DNA of 63,831 nt from a virus (lineage: Duplodnaviria; Caudoviricetes). Numbering within the stretch: the first letter of the stretch is position 1; each line of letters begins with the position of its first letter. Positions 1 to 10,134 of this stretch are shown here, piece after piece. Both the position numbers and the translations under genes were made by a program. The stretch is taken from positions 1 to 63,831 of the IMG/VR virus record IMGVR_UViG_3300035670_007084; one strand, given 5' to 3'. Below the pieces are notes generated by a model. The model worked only from the letters and a program-made list of their open reading frames with translations, was not told where the DNA came from and did no database searches.

Positions 1-2
1 CT

Positions 3-3000
3 TTAAGCGCAGTTGAAGCAAAAATCACAACCTTCTTACAGCCGAGTATACCAACATCTGAAGCAATAGGTGATCTTTGGATAGATACGGACGATGGAAA
101 CAAGTTATATAGAGCTGCCTCTATCGGAGCAGGTGATATAACATCTGGTGAATGGGTAGAAATACAAGACGATGGTATTGTTTCTGCAATGGAAGCAGCA
201 CAGGATGCTCAATCTACAGCCGATGGTAAGATTAAAACTTTCTATCAAGCGGGTATTCCAACTGCCGAGGGTATTGGGGATTTATGGTTAGATACTGATG
301 ATGGCAACAAGCTTTATCGTGCTGCATCTATTGGTGCTAATCAAATTATTTCTGGTGAATGGGTTGTTGTTCAAGATGCCGCAATAGCGTCTGCTATTAG
401 TGCTGCTTCTGATGCTCAATCTACTGCAGACGGTAAAGTAGTTACATTCTATCAAGCTAGTGTTCCTACATCAGAAGGTATTGGTGATTTGTGGATAGAC
501 ACCGATGATGGTAATAAACTATATAGAGCTTCTTCAATAGGTGCTAATCAGATAATATCGGGAGAATGGGTAGCAGTACAAGACCAAGCTATTCAAACAG
601 CGTTGGGTGCTGCTTCTGATGCACAAGAAACCGCAGATGGTAAGATAGTAACTTTTTATACTGACAATCCACCAATAGCAGAAGGTGTTGGAGATTTATG
701 GATTGACACAAATGACGGTAACAAGTTGTACAGGGCTGCATCAATTGGAGCGGATCAAATTGTGTCAGGTGAGTGGGTGGCAGTGCAGGATGCTGCAATC
801 GCATCAGCAATATCAGCTGCGTCAGGGGCGCAAACAACAGCTAATAATAAAATCACCACCTTCTTTCAAGCTGGTATACCAACATCAATTTCTATAGGCG
901 ATCTTTGGGTAGATACCGATGATGAAAATAAATTATACAGAGCAGCTATGGTTGGTGCCAACGAAATTAAAGCAGGGGAATGGGTAATTGTTAGAGATGA
1001 AGGAATTTCACAAGCCTTAGCTGATGCTTCAACGGCACAGGCTACCGCTGACGGAAAGATTCAATCTTTTTATCAGGCAACTGCTCCCTCTAGCGGAGAT
1101 GATTTGGGTGAAGGTGATATTTGGGTAGACACAGATGATGAAAATAAACTATACATATATCAATCTGGTAACTGGGTTTCTGCTCAATTTAGGGGTGTAA
1201 AAACTTTTTATCAAACTACTGCTCCAAGTGCAGGAATGTCAACAGGTGACTTGTGGGTAGATACCGATGACAGTAATAAAATATATAGTTATCAATCAAG
1301 CACTTGGGCATTACTACAATCTGCAAATGCTAGATCAACAACATATTTTCAAACTACTCAACCTAGTACGGGAATGTTTACTGGCGATTTATGGGTAGAT
1401 ACAGATGATGATAATAAATTATATTATTATAATGGGGCTAGTTGGGTTAGTGCGAGAGATGCAACTATTGCTCAAGCTATCAGTGCTGCTGGGAGTGCCC
1501 AAACAACTGCTAACAGTAAAGTAAATACATTTTATCAGGCTGCTGTTCCAACATCCATTGCTATAGGGGATTTTTGGGTAGATTCAGATGATGGTAATAA
1601 ATTATATCGGGCTGCTAGTATTGGAGCGAATGAAATCAAAGCTGGAGAATGGGAAGAAATACAAGATGATGGTATTGCTACGGCAATATCAACTGCAGGT
1701 TCAGCATTATCAACGGCTAATACAAAAGTTATTACATTTTATCAGGCGGGAATTCCTACCGCATTGGCTGCAGGAGATTTGTGGATTGATACTGACGATG
1801 GGAATAAATTGTATAGGGCATCAGCTATTGGAGCAAACGAAATCAAAGCGGGAGAATGGGTACTAGTACAAGATGCAGATATTGCGTCAGCTATTGGTGC
1901 TGCCCAAGATGCTCAAACCACAGCAGATGGAAAAATACAATCGTTTTATCAACCAACCGCACCGAGTAGTGGGGATAATCTTGGTGAGGGTGATTTATGG
2001 GTGGATACAGACGACAGTAATAAACTCTATATTTATAATTCTGATAATTGGGTAGCTGCTCAAACATTTGGTGCTAAAGTTTACTATCAAACATCTGCAC
2101 CTAGTAGTGGAATGCTTGCGGGTGACTTTTGGATTGATACAGATGATAGCAATAAACTCTATACTTATCAGAGTAGCACTTGGGTAGCAGCACAATTTAA
2201 TGGTATAAAAACTTTTTATCAAGATGGTATTCCTACAGCATTGGCGGTTGGAGATTTATGGGTAGATACTAATGACGAAAACAAACTATATAGAGCAGAG
2301 GCAATAGGGGCGAATGAAATAAAAGCAGGCGAGTGGGTATTGATAAGGGATGCAGGAATAACTACAGCGTTAGCTAATGCGTCCACTGCTATAACAAACG
2401 CTTCTAATGCACAAAATACAGCTAACAGTAAAATAACAACATTTTACCAAGCAGGAATTCCGACATCAATATCTGTGGGTGACTTATGGGTTGACACTGA
2501 CGATGGAAATAAACTCTATCGTGCAGAGATGATTGGAGCAAATGAGATTAAGGCAGGGGAGTGGGTTGAGATTCAGGACGATGCTATAGCTAACGCAATA
2601 GGGTTAGCTCAAGATGCACAATCTACTGCAGATGGAAAGATTCAATCCTTCTATCAAGCTACAGCACCAAGCAGTGGTGATGGAATAGCAGAGGGTGACA
2701 TTTGGGTTGATACTGATGATAGTAATAGGTTATATATTCTTCAAAGTGGTGTATGGGTTGATGCTCAATTTCGTGGGATAAAAACATATTATCAAGATAC
2801 CGAACCAGTTTCAGGAATGAGTGATGGTGATCTTTGGGTTGATACTAATGACAACAATACCCTATATGTATATAGCGATACTAGCCCTGTTGGATGGGCA
2901 GAAGTAACTGCTGGCACTGGCGTTGCGGTATTTAGACAAGACGACCAACCTACAGGTGTTGGTGAAAAAGAAGGTGACATTTGGATTGATTCTCTATATG

Positions 3001-6000
3001 ATTATAGTGCACCCGTAGCTCATTATAACTGTGATGAGAATGCTGCAAGCACAACGGTTGATGATGCTATGAATAATTATGAAGGAACTGCGTCTGTAAA
3101 TACATCGGTTATGCACGCTACCGGTAAATTAGGTAGTGGTTCTTTTCAATTACTTGGTGAAGATTCATCAAGTTATAAACACAGTTTAGAATTTCTTAAC
3201 CAAGCTAGACACTCTGTTGCTGATTATAAATTTGGTAATAGTTGCTTGTATTTTGACGGTGGTAATGATTATATTGCTATACCGGATAACGACTGTTTTA
3301 ATTTAGGTAGTGGTTCTTTTACTGTTGATGCTTGGGTATATTTTGTTGCTCTACCAGCTGCAGGTAGTAATATGTTTATAATTGGGCAGTGGTATGTAAC
3401 TGGCGGTTACAGTTGGGGTTGTAATGTTAATAACACTGGTGGAACATATTACTTGAGATTTAGCGGTTCAACAAATGGAACATCTGAAACTCAAACATTA
3501 AACTCAACTGCTATAAGTATTACTACAAGTACATTGTATCATATGACTTGGGTTCGTGATGGTAACACTATGAAATTCTTTTTAAATGGTGTTGCTAAAG
3601 GAACAGGTGATTTGACGGGTGTTACTCTTTATAATTCTACGGCAGATGTAACGATTGGGTGTACTGGTGCTTCAACATCAGATTTTAGCGGTAAGATGGA
3701 TGAGGTTAGAGTATCAAAAGGTGTTGCAAGATGGACAACAGATTTTTCTGTACCAACATCAGCATACACTTCAGACGCTAATACATCACTATTGCTACAT
3801 GGTAATTTACCTAATAGAGTAGAATGTGGAAACATTACGCAAATGACATCCGCCACTAATTTTTCTGTTTCGTGTTGGACAAAGTTTGATGTTATGGCAA
3901 GTGGTACAATATGGGATAAATATTTAGACACATCGAATTTTATGAAACTTTGTTACTCTGTTTACAATGGTAATGTTTTAAGATTTCAATTTAGAAAAAA
4001 CGCAGGAACAGCATTTAGTGGTTCTTTTGTTCCAAACTTTTCAACCGGAGTATTTTATCATATAACTGTTACAGTTGATTTAACTCAATCAACCGATGCT
4101 GAAAGATTAAAGATATATGTTAATAGTGTTTCTCAAACATTAACTTTTAGCGGAACAGCAGATACAACATCAGATGATACTACGACAAGTTTTATTATTG
4201 GTTCAACATATCTCGGTACTATTGAAGGTAAAGTAGATGATGTTAGAGTATATGGTCATACATTAACACAGCAAGCTATTAATGATATATACTATAAAGG
4301 CACTGGCACAATTAAATCAAGACCAGATGAAGTATTTAATACTTATGTTTATACTAGTGGTGTTTGGAAATTAACAAGCAACACAAAGAATATAACAGAA
4401 GATGGAACATTTACAGGTGTAGTAAAGCCAGTTGATAATGTTGGAACCCCAGATGGTTCTGGATTATATTTGGGTGCAGACTATTTGGGGTATTATGATA
4501 GCTCTTCTTGGAGAAGTTATATTGATAATACTGGTAAGTTTAAATTTTATGGTGATGCTAACAACTATGTTGAATGGAACGGATCTACTCTAACAATTAA
4601 AGGTATAGTAGTATTTCAATCAAGTAGTAGCGGGTATGCAAATTTAACTGACAAGCCAACATCGTTAAACAGTATTAATAGCACAGAGTATTCAAACTAT
4701 AATACCGCTTATGGGTGGAGGCATTCTGTTGGTACTACATTTATAGATGGTGCAAAGATTTATACTGGCACCGTTACTGCCACACAGATTGCTGCTAATA
4801 CAATTACTGCTAGTCAAATTGCTGCAGGAACAATTACCGCTACACAAATTGCTAGTGCCACAATAACATCAACACAAATAGCATCAAGTACAATTACAAC
4901 TAGCAACCTCAATTTTACTCCAGTTCAAACAGCAAATGTAATAGCATCTATTAATTCATCTGCTGAAGGAATAAGAATTGATGCTGATAATTTAACCATT
5001 AGCGCAAGCACAACATTTAGTAGTGGTTATGATCCATCAGTAAAGATAAAAACTTTTTCACAAGCAGCTATACCCACATCATTAGTAGCAGGTGACTTAT
5101 GGATAGACACAGATGATAACAATAAGCTATACAGAGCAGCTATAGCCGGAGCAGATGCAATAACGGCAGGCGAATGGGAAGCTGTTCCTGATAACAGCAG
5201 ACTTAGTATTTTGGGTGGTTCATATAATACTGCTGCATCAGGGGCTAGATTACAAATATTTCCTGATGCTAATACTGCTTTACGAGTTTATGATGATGCT
5301 GCCAATGAAGTATTTAAAATACTAGTAGGTGGCACCGATGTTGGTGATGTTATATTTGGTGGGGCATCAAACTATATGAAGTGGGATAAATCAGCTGGAA
5401 CTCTTTTAGCAGCTAATGTTCAAAGCCCCGATTATGTTGCGAGTACAACTGGATTTAAGTTAAGTTCTTCAACAGGATTAGAAATTAATACTGGTGCAGT
5501 TAAAGCAACTTCATTTACTTCTGGTACTGGTGACATTATTTTTGAATTTTTGGGGGTTTCAGTAACCGCTGATGGTGCTGCTGCATATCTTTTTGATACT
5601 GACACTGGTGCTAATACCGTTATTGATACTGGTAGTTACCGTTGGGCTGAAATAACCGATGGAGAAAACTATTTTTTAGAAAATAAAGGAATGGCTTGGC
5701 AGGATGCAACAAACTATAATCCTGGATGGATAAGTGCTATTAGTAAAGAAATAGTTGGGCTATGGTTTACAAAAAGACCAGGTTATAATTATGTTCAATG
5801 GATAGCAAGATCACAAGCTGACGATAATAATGTTGGGGCACAGAGAACTATATATATGAGGTTATCTATTTATGGTCAAAACTTGAGAAGTAATATAGAA
5901 ACCACATTATGTCGTACTCAATATCAAGCGGATTATCAAAAAGACCATATATGGACAATAGATATATCCACACTCACAGATAATGTTGCTTACTTTGTCG

Positions 6001-6089
6001 GTATGACATGTTATCCTTCTGGCACCGTTGGTACTGGAGGAAATGTAGGATTTAATAATTGGGTAATGCTTTTAAAACCAACTTTATAG
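3..6089 (+). CDS. Giant tail/virion fibre protein with GDLWxDTDDxNKLY repeats, two LamG/ConA-like domains and a 10-aa TITAxQIAxx repeat; 5'-truncated by the window
   Basis: The frame is open from position 3 (LSAVEAKITTFLQPSIPTSEAIGDLWIDTDDGNKLY...), upstream of the listed ATG at 189. Many about 70-aa and shorter copies of the repeat; LamG motifs FTVDAWVYF and GKMDEVRVSKGVARW; repeat TITASQIAAG/TITATQIASA/TITSTQIASS. Confidence 0.85.
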   Translation, partial: LSAVEAKITTFLQPSIPTSEAIGDLWIDTDDGNKLYRAASIGAGDITSGEWVEIQDDGIVSAMEAAQDAQSTADGKIKTFYQAGIPTAEGIGDLWLDTDDGNKLYRAASIGANQIISGEWVVVQDAAIASAISAASDAQSTADGKVVTFYQASVPTSEGIGDLWIDTDDGNKLYRASSIGANQIISGEWVAVQDQAIQTALGAASDAQETADGKIVTFYTDNPPIAEGVGDLWIDTNDGNKLYRAASIGADQIVSGEWVAVQDAAIASAISAASGAQTTANNKITTFFQAGIPTSISIGDLWVDTDDENKLYRAAMVGANEIKAGEWVIVRDEGISQALADASTAQATADGKIQSFYQATAPSSGDDLGEGDIWVDTDDENKLYIYQSGNWVSAQFRGVKTFYQTTAPSAGMSTGDLWVDTDDSNKIYSYQSSTWALLQSANARSTTYFQTTQPSTGMFTGDLWVDTDDDNKLYYYNGASWVSARDATIAQAISAAGSAQTTANSKVNTFYQAAVPTSIAIGDFWVDSDDGNKLYRAASIGANEIKAGEWEEIQDDGIATAISTAGSALSTANTKVITFYQAGIPTALAAGDLWIDTDDGNKLYRASAIGANEIKAGEWVLVQDADIASAIGAAQDAQTTADGKIQSFYQPTAPSSGDNLGEGDLWVDTDDSNKLYIYNSDNWVAAQTFGAKVYYQTSAPSSGMLAGDFWIDTDDSNKLYTYQSSTWVAAQFNGIKTFYQDGIPTALAVGDLWVDTNDENKLYRAEAIGANEIKAGEWVLIRDAGITTALANASTAITNASNAQNTANSKITTFYQAGIPTSISVGDLWVDTDDGNKLYRAEMIGANEIKAGEWVEIQDDAIANAIGLAQDAQSTADGKIQSFYQATAPSSGDGIAEGDIWVDTDDSNRLYILQSGVWVDAQFRGIKTYYQDTEPVSGMSDGDLWVDTNDNNTLYVYSDTSPVGWAEVTAGTGVAVFRQDDQPTGVGEKEGDIWIDSLYDYSAPVAHYNCDENAASTTVDDAMNNYEGTASVNTSVMHATGKLGSGSFQLLGEDSSSYKHSLEFLNQARHSVADYKFGNSCLYFDGGNDYIAIPDNDCFNLGSGSFTVDAWVYFVALPAAGSNMFIIGQWYVTGGYSWGCNVNNTGGTYYLRFSGSTNGTSETQTLNSTAISITTSTLYHMTWVRDGNTMKFFLNGVAKGTGDLTGVTLYNSTADVTIGCTGASTSDFSGKMDEVRVSKGVARWTTDFSVPTSAYTSDANTSLLLHGNLPNRVECGNITQMTSATNFSVSCWTKFDVMASGTIWDKYLDTSNFMKLCYSVYNGNVLRFQFRKNAGTAFSGSFVPNFSTGVFYHITVTVDLTQSTDAERLKIYVNSVSQTLTFSGTADTTSDDTTTSFIIGSTYLGTIEGKVDDVRVYGHTLTQQAINDIYYKGTGTIKSRPDEVFNTYVYTSGVWKLTSNTKNITEDGTFTGVVKPVDNVGTPDGSGLYLGADYLGYYDSSSWRSYIDNTGKFKFYGDANNYVEWNGSTLTIKGIVVFQSSSSGYANLTDKPTSLNSINSTEYSNYNTAYGWRHSVGTTFIDGAKIYTGTVTATQIAANTITASQIAAGTITATQIASATITSTQIASSTITTSNLNFTPVQTANVIASINSSAEGIRIDADNLTISASTTFSSGYDPSVKIKTFSQAAIPTSLVAGDLWIDTDDNNKLYRAAIAGADAITAGEWEAVPDNSRLSILGGSYNTAASGARLQIFPDANTALRVYDDAANEVFKILVGGTDVGDVIFGGASNYMKWDKSAGTLLAANVQSPDYVASTTGFKLSSSTGLEINTGAVKATSFTSGTGDIIFEFLGVSVTADGAAAYLFDTDTGANTVIDTGSYRWAEITDGENYFLENKGMAWQDATNYNPGWISAISKEIVGLWFTKRPGYNYVQWIARSQADDNNVGAQRTIYMRLSIYGQNLRSNIETTLCRTQYQADYQKDHIWTIDISTLTDNVAYFVGMTCYPSGTVGTGGNVGFNNWVMLLKPTL

Positions 6090-6097
6090 GGGGAAGT

Positions 6098-6307
6098 ATG
6101 ATTGAAATTAATATTTTAATCCCAGATGAATTACAAGAAACAGCCGAATTTAACTGCGGTAATAATGTTGAAAAGTATTTTAGTGATATGATTTTATCTA
6201 TGTTATATAGATTTAAGGAACAAAATGAGAAAAGTTTTCTAGATACTATACCGAGAGAAGAATTAAAAAATATTGTAAAAATAGTAAAAGAAGGAAAAGG
6301 AGAGTAA
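6098..6307 (+). CDS. Hypothetical small protein
   Basis: GGGGGA RBS before the ATG at 6098, just after the fibre stop; this start is preferred over 6059. Confidence 0.65.
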   Translation: MIEINILIPDELQETAEFNCGNNVEKYFSDMILSMLYRFKEQNEKSFLDTIPREELKNIVKIVKEGKGE

Positions 6308-6310
6308 GTT

Positions 6311-6622
6311 ATGAAAATTTTATTAAGTATGTTAATAGTAGTATTATTTTTATTAAGCGGCATATCCTATTCACAAGCCCCAGATTATTTTGCTCGTAAT
6401 GAAATGTATCGAGCACAGATTAATGGTGAGATTCAAAGAGCACACGAACTTGAAATGGAAATAGCAAAAGCAGAAACTTACGCAAAAGAACTTGAATTAC
6501 AACGAGATGATATTCAAATTAATTCCTATAATAGAGCAGCCAATTACAACAAAATAGATAACGATAATAGTGCATCGAGTTCTATCCGAAACGATAGAAA
6601 ACATAAACGTCACTCAAATTAA
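6311..6622 (+). CDS. Secreted or membrane protein with N-terminal signal peptide and coiled coil
   Basis: MKILLSMLIVVLFLLSGISYSQA looks like a Sec signal; AAGGAG RBS. Confidence 0.7.
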   Translation: MKILLSMLIVVLFLLSGISYSQAPDYFARNEMYRAQINGEIQRAHELEMEIAKAETYAKELELQRDDIQINSYNRAANYNKIDNDNSASSSIRNDRKHKRHSN

Positions 6623-6633
6623 AGGACTAAATT

Positions 6634-7620
6634 ATGTCAGGAGATTTTTATAGAGTAGATCCAAGTTTACCGTTAGGAACTCAGATTAAATATATTAATG
6701 AGATGATCCTAAAACTTGCAGGAAAGTATGAACAAGCTTCTTTCGATGAGAAAGAACTAACAGCGTTGTATAGCGCACTTGGCTCTGGTTATCCTCGATC
6801 CTATTTGAGAAACCAAGCCATTGGTTCTGCAATAGGAACCTATTCTAACTGGGCACATTACAAAGCTGAAGATGCTTATTCAATATGGAAAATTCAACCA
6901 ACAAATTATGCATACAGTGTCAATAATGTTTTACTTATGAATAATAAAGTGGTTGAAAATGTTGGAGAGGCAAACGCATTAACCACACAGTTTGATAATG
7001 TATTTACCTATGACCAAACTAGCGGGGTTGGATATACAGATGTAACATCTGACATTTCAACAGAAGGTTCCAATGAAGTTACCGCTATTGAAGCAATAGG
7101 TGACTACTTATATGTTGGTGATGCTGCAACTTTTAACGGAATAGCATTTGAATTTTTAACGGTTGGAAGTAATTACACATTAGTAGTTGAATATTGGGAT
7201 GGTGATTCGTGGGAAGCATTAGGTGAGGCAGAGTCTTTAGTTGATAACACCAACGACTTTGCATCTAATGGTGCAATTACCTTTACTGCCCCAGGTGATT
7301 GGGCAACTACGGCAGTTAATTCAACCACAAAATATTGGATAAGAATTTCAACTACTACTACTCCAGTAACAGCAGTTGAAATATATTACTGCACATCCGG
7401 TGATTCAGTAGAGGGATTATTATCAATGTCCTCTTCTGAATTACTCAATCAGGAATGGAAGTTCTGCACATACAGCGGATATATTTATGTTACCATACCC
7501 AACGCTGGTGCAACGGCTTATGAAGGTATTGATTTTATTACTTCATCAAGCTCTGCAACAAACAAGCAGAACTTTTTTATATATAACCAACCGTTCCAAA
7601 TGGATTACTTATCCTCGTAA
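6634..7620 (+). CDS. Putative virion structural protein (beta-rich, jelly-roll-like; VEYWDG and YWIRI motifs)
   Basis: T/S/G/D-rich, last gene of the structural operon. Confidence 0.6.
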   Translation: MSGDFYRVDPSLPLGTQIKYINEMILKLAGKYEQASFDEKELTALYSALGSGYPRSYLRNQAIGSAIGTYSNWAHYKAEDAYSIWKIQPTNYAYSVNNVLLMNNKVVENVGEANALTTQFDNVFTYDQTSGVGYTDVTSDISTEGSNEVTAIEAIGDYLYVGDAATFNGIAFEFLTVGSNYTLVVEYWDGDSWEALGEAESLVDNTNDFASNGAITFTAPGDWATTAVNSTTKYWIRISTTTTPVTAVEIYYCTSGDSVEGLLSMSSSELLNQEWKFCTYSGYIYVTIPNAGATAYEGIDFITSSSSATNKQNFFIYNQPFQMDYLSS

Positions 7621-7637
7621 CAAAAACCCCTAGACAC

Positions 7638-7682
7638 AAAAAACCCCCAGTAGTTGCAATGACTATTGGGGGTTATTTTTTT
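7638..7682. terminator. Bidirectional intrinsic terminator between the convergent arms
   Basis: Stem aacccccagtagt / actattgggggtt flanked by an A-run and a T-run. Confidence 0.85.
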
Positions 7683-7986
7683 ATAATCTGTTATAATCTT
7701 TAACTACAGCCTCACACAAATCAACATCTAAAAATATTTTTGCCATTCTTAATATTGCTTGCGATAATTTAACTTTGTCAATTGGTACTGTTTTTTCAAT
7801 TACCTTAACTTCTTTTATTTTTATATCGCTCGTAAAATCTTTTTTGTTCAATTCCCCCTGTAGTAAAACTGATTGCGCTTGATGGGTGAGCAACTCATCT
7901 CTTAGTTTTGCATAATATTCCTCGTTTGATTTTAATAGTTCTTTTAATCTTTTGTTTTCTTTTTTCAATTCAGTTAAAGTCATCAT
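7681..7986 (-). CDS. Hypothetical coiled-coil protein
   Basis: 101-aa ORF with AAGGAG RBS and heptad pattern. Confidence 0.7.
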   Translation of the reverse strand: MMTLTELKKENKRLKELLKSNEEYYAKLRDELLTHQAQSVLLQGELNKKDFTSDIKIKEVKVIEKTVPIDKVKLSQAILRMAKIFLDVDLCEAVVKDYNRL

Positions 7987-8001
7987 ACACTCCTTATGTT
8001 A

Positions 8002-8844
8002 TTAACAGTTTTTACAGAATGATAATTCATCTGTAAAGTCTTTATTTTGCATTTTAGTTCTTAGCAAATTAAACTTATCCGAATTAAACACGGTGTTTAA
8101 ATTATCAGTGTTAATATTGCCAAGGACATAATCAGAATCAAAGCAACGGCAACAAAACACAATATCTCCATTGCATTGAACACCGATTGAATTAAATAAT
8201 TTAGGGCAAGAAAACCTTCTTGGAGTAATTCCATTCGGAGATATATCCTCAACATTACCAGCGAAAGTTGAAAATTCTTTAATACGGAGTTTACCCCATG
8301 TGGTATTATCAAGCCACCCATAAGCAGATTTAAAATTTGGAATCTCATTTACATTGTCCTTTGTAACTATAACTTGCAGTTCGACTTTACAATTACTCTT
8401 GGCTCCAATTATAGTTCTTAATTTCAAACAGTTATCTATATTAGTTTTAACCCTATCAAAATCCCCACCAACTCTTAACTTATTATATACCTTTTTATCT
8501 AAAGAGTCAAGTGCTAATGTTAACTCAGATAAACTAGAATTAAATAAAGCACCCGCTTTCTGTGATGTTAAAAGCATAGCATTAGTTGATATACTTGTTT
8601 TTATAATATACTGTGAAATCATATTTATTCGTTCTACTATCTTAGGATCGCACAGTGGCTCACCAATTTGATGGCAATATACTGACTTAATGTTTAAATA
8701 CTTTACTTGTTTTAAAACATTATTGAATGTGTCATTAGTCATTACTTCTTGTTTGCGTTTCATACTTTTATGTGGACAAAAAGTACACGACAACATACAA
8801 CAATTAGTTGTTTCTAACTCAAGATGAGATATATTATAAATCAT
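8002..8844 (-). CDS. Radical SAM protein with SPASM/twitch domain
   Basis: CMLSCTFC (CxxxCxxC), GEPL, STNA; C-terminal CPKLF...CC...FCKNC. Confidence 0.9.
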   Translation of the reverse strand: MIYNISHLELETTNCCMLSCTFCPHKSMKRKQEVMTNDTFNNVLKQVKYLNIKSVYCHQIGEPLCDPKIVERINMISQYIIKTSISTNAMLLTSQKAGALFNSSLSELTLALDSLDKKVYNKLRVGGDFDRVKTNIDNCLKLRTIIGAKSNCKVELQVIVTKDNVNEIPNFKSAYGWLDNTTWGKLRIKEFSTFAGNVEDISPNGITPRRFSCPKLFNSIGVQCNGDIVFCCRCFDSDYVLGNINTDNLNTVFNSDKFNLLRTKMQNKDFTDELSFCKNC

Positions 8845-9617
8845 ATATATTCCTTTAGTAATTTAGCTATTCTTTTAGTTGCTTGATTATCGGTTACTGA
8901 CCATTCTATGAAGAATGGTTTATTCCAATACTTATAGTTATCATAGTTTCCAAACACTTTACAATCCTTTTTTAAAATCAACGCCCAAATACCGGGTCCA
9001 GTATCAGTAAAATAAATTTGTTTAGAATCTCTTATTATAGATAGAGTATCTACTGTTAGTTTATGATGTAGTTCACCAGGATTAAATCTTGGGTGAACAA
9101 TAGCATTATATTTTGGGTTTTCCACATAAGTTAACAGTTCTTTATTTTTTTCTGGTATTCCAGATAATAGAACAGTTGGTGCATTTTTTGCACAGGTTGG
9201 CATTCCAAACATTTTATCGTGTCTGGGGCATCCTGTAACTATTGCTTTATCGTTATCTAATCCGCAATAATCAACCCACGCTGTTTTGGTTTGTCTACCC
9301 CAAGTAAAAATAACATCAAAGTTAAAAGTTCCTTCTTTATTTGTTTCGGTGTAGTAAGGGCTTTGCTGTAATGCAATAATAGTTTTCTTTGACAGTGTTC
9401 TTATATTAGAAAACATTTGATACCAGTCAGCAGAAAATGGTTCACAGGTAATAAACAAATCAGTTGTTGGTATTAGTTGCAACAAATTTTGGTCGTGGGA
9501 TGTATATATTCTTTTAAAATTAAATTCTGACAATTCTTTGATTACAGGTAATATATTTTCATAAGACCAATCTCTCAATGCAAAAACTAAAACATTAGGT
9601 TTTTTGCTAGTGCCCAA
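8841..9617 (-). CDS. GT-B-fold glycosyltransferase-like protein (capsule/CDP-glycerophosphotransferase-like)
   Basis: FDVIFTWG...IVTGCPRHD, VHPR and C-terminal DNQATKRIA are typical of this group. Confidence 0.6.
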   Translation of the reverse strand: MGTSKKPNVLVFALRDWSYENILPVIKELSEFNFKRIYTSHDQNLLQLIPTTDLFITCEPFSADWYQMFSNIRTLSKKTIIALQQSPYYTETNKEGTFNFDVIFTWGRQTKTAWVDYCGLDNDKAIVTGCPRHDKMFGMPTCAKNAPTVLLSGIPEKNKELLTYVENPKYNAIVHPRFNPGELHHKLTVDTLSIIRDSKQIYFTDTGPGIWALILKKDCKVFGNYDNYKYWNKPFFIEWSVTDNQATKRIAKLLKEYI

Positions 9618-10132
9618 TTGTGTTGTTCCTTTATTATTTCATTAGTTATAGTTTGTTTAAATATATCCCACGATCTCTCCCCATTTTTATTATGTGCTCC
9701 TGGGTGGTCAGTATCGTGGCTACCAATATACTTACAATTTTTGCTCGCCCACAGATATTCTTGTAGTTGATAATCAAACAAATGTTCACCATCGTGCCAA
9801 AACATATCGAATGGTTTTGAGAATGCAAAAGTTGGTAGTATGATATTTGAGTATCCCTTTAATATAATCCAATTTTTCTTTAGTTTTTCTGGCACAATAA
9901 TATCTTCTCTAACAAACGGTTCTATTGAAATAAGTAAACCATCAGAACCCATAGCATCTAGAAACACGGTACTTGAAAATCCACGATATACTCCAGTTTC
10001 AATAATAGTTTTAATATTATTTTCTTTAATAAAATTATATAAATATTCCCTAATATGAGGTTCAATTCCCAATGATTTTGTTAGTCCTAAACTTTTAATA
10101 TATTCTAAACTGTTGGTGTAGTTTCCAAACAT
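9587..10132 (-). CDS. Class I SAM-dependent methyltransferase (Methyltransf_24-like)
   Basis: IETGVYRGFSS, FDMFWHDGEH, HD. Confidence 0.85.
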   Translation of the reverse strand: MFGNYTNSLEYIKSLGLTKSLGIEPHIREYLYNFIKENNIKTIIETGVYRGFSSTVFLDAMGSDGLLISIEPFVREDIIVPEKLKKNWIILKGYSNIILPTFAFSKPFDMFWHDGEHLFDYQLQEYLWASKNCKYIGSHDTDHPGAHNKNGERSWDIFKQTITNEIIKEQHNWALAKNLMF

Positions 10133-10134
10133 AG

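Noticed and set aside
3-7620. Diversity-generating retroelement acting on the fibre
   Set aside because: No reverse transcriptase and no template/variable repeat pair differing at adenines was seen.
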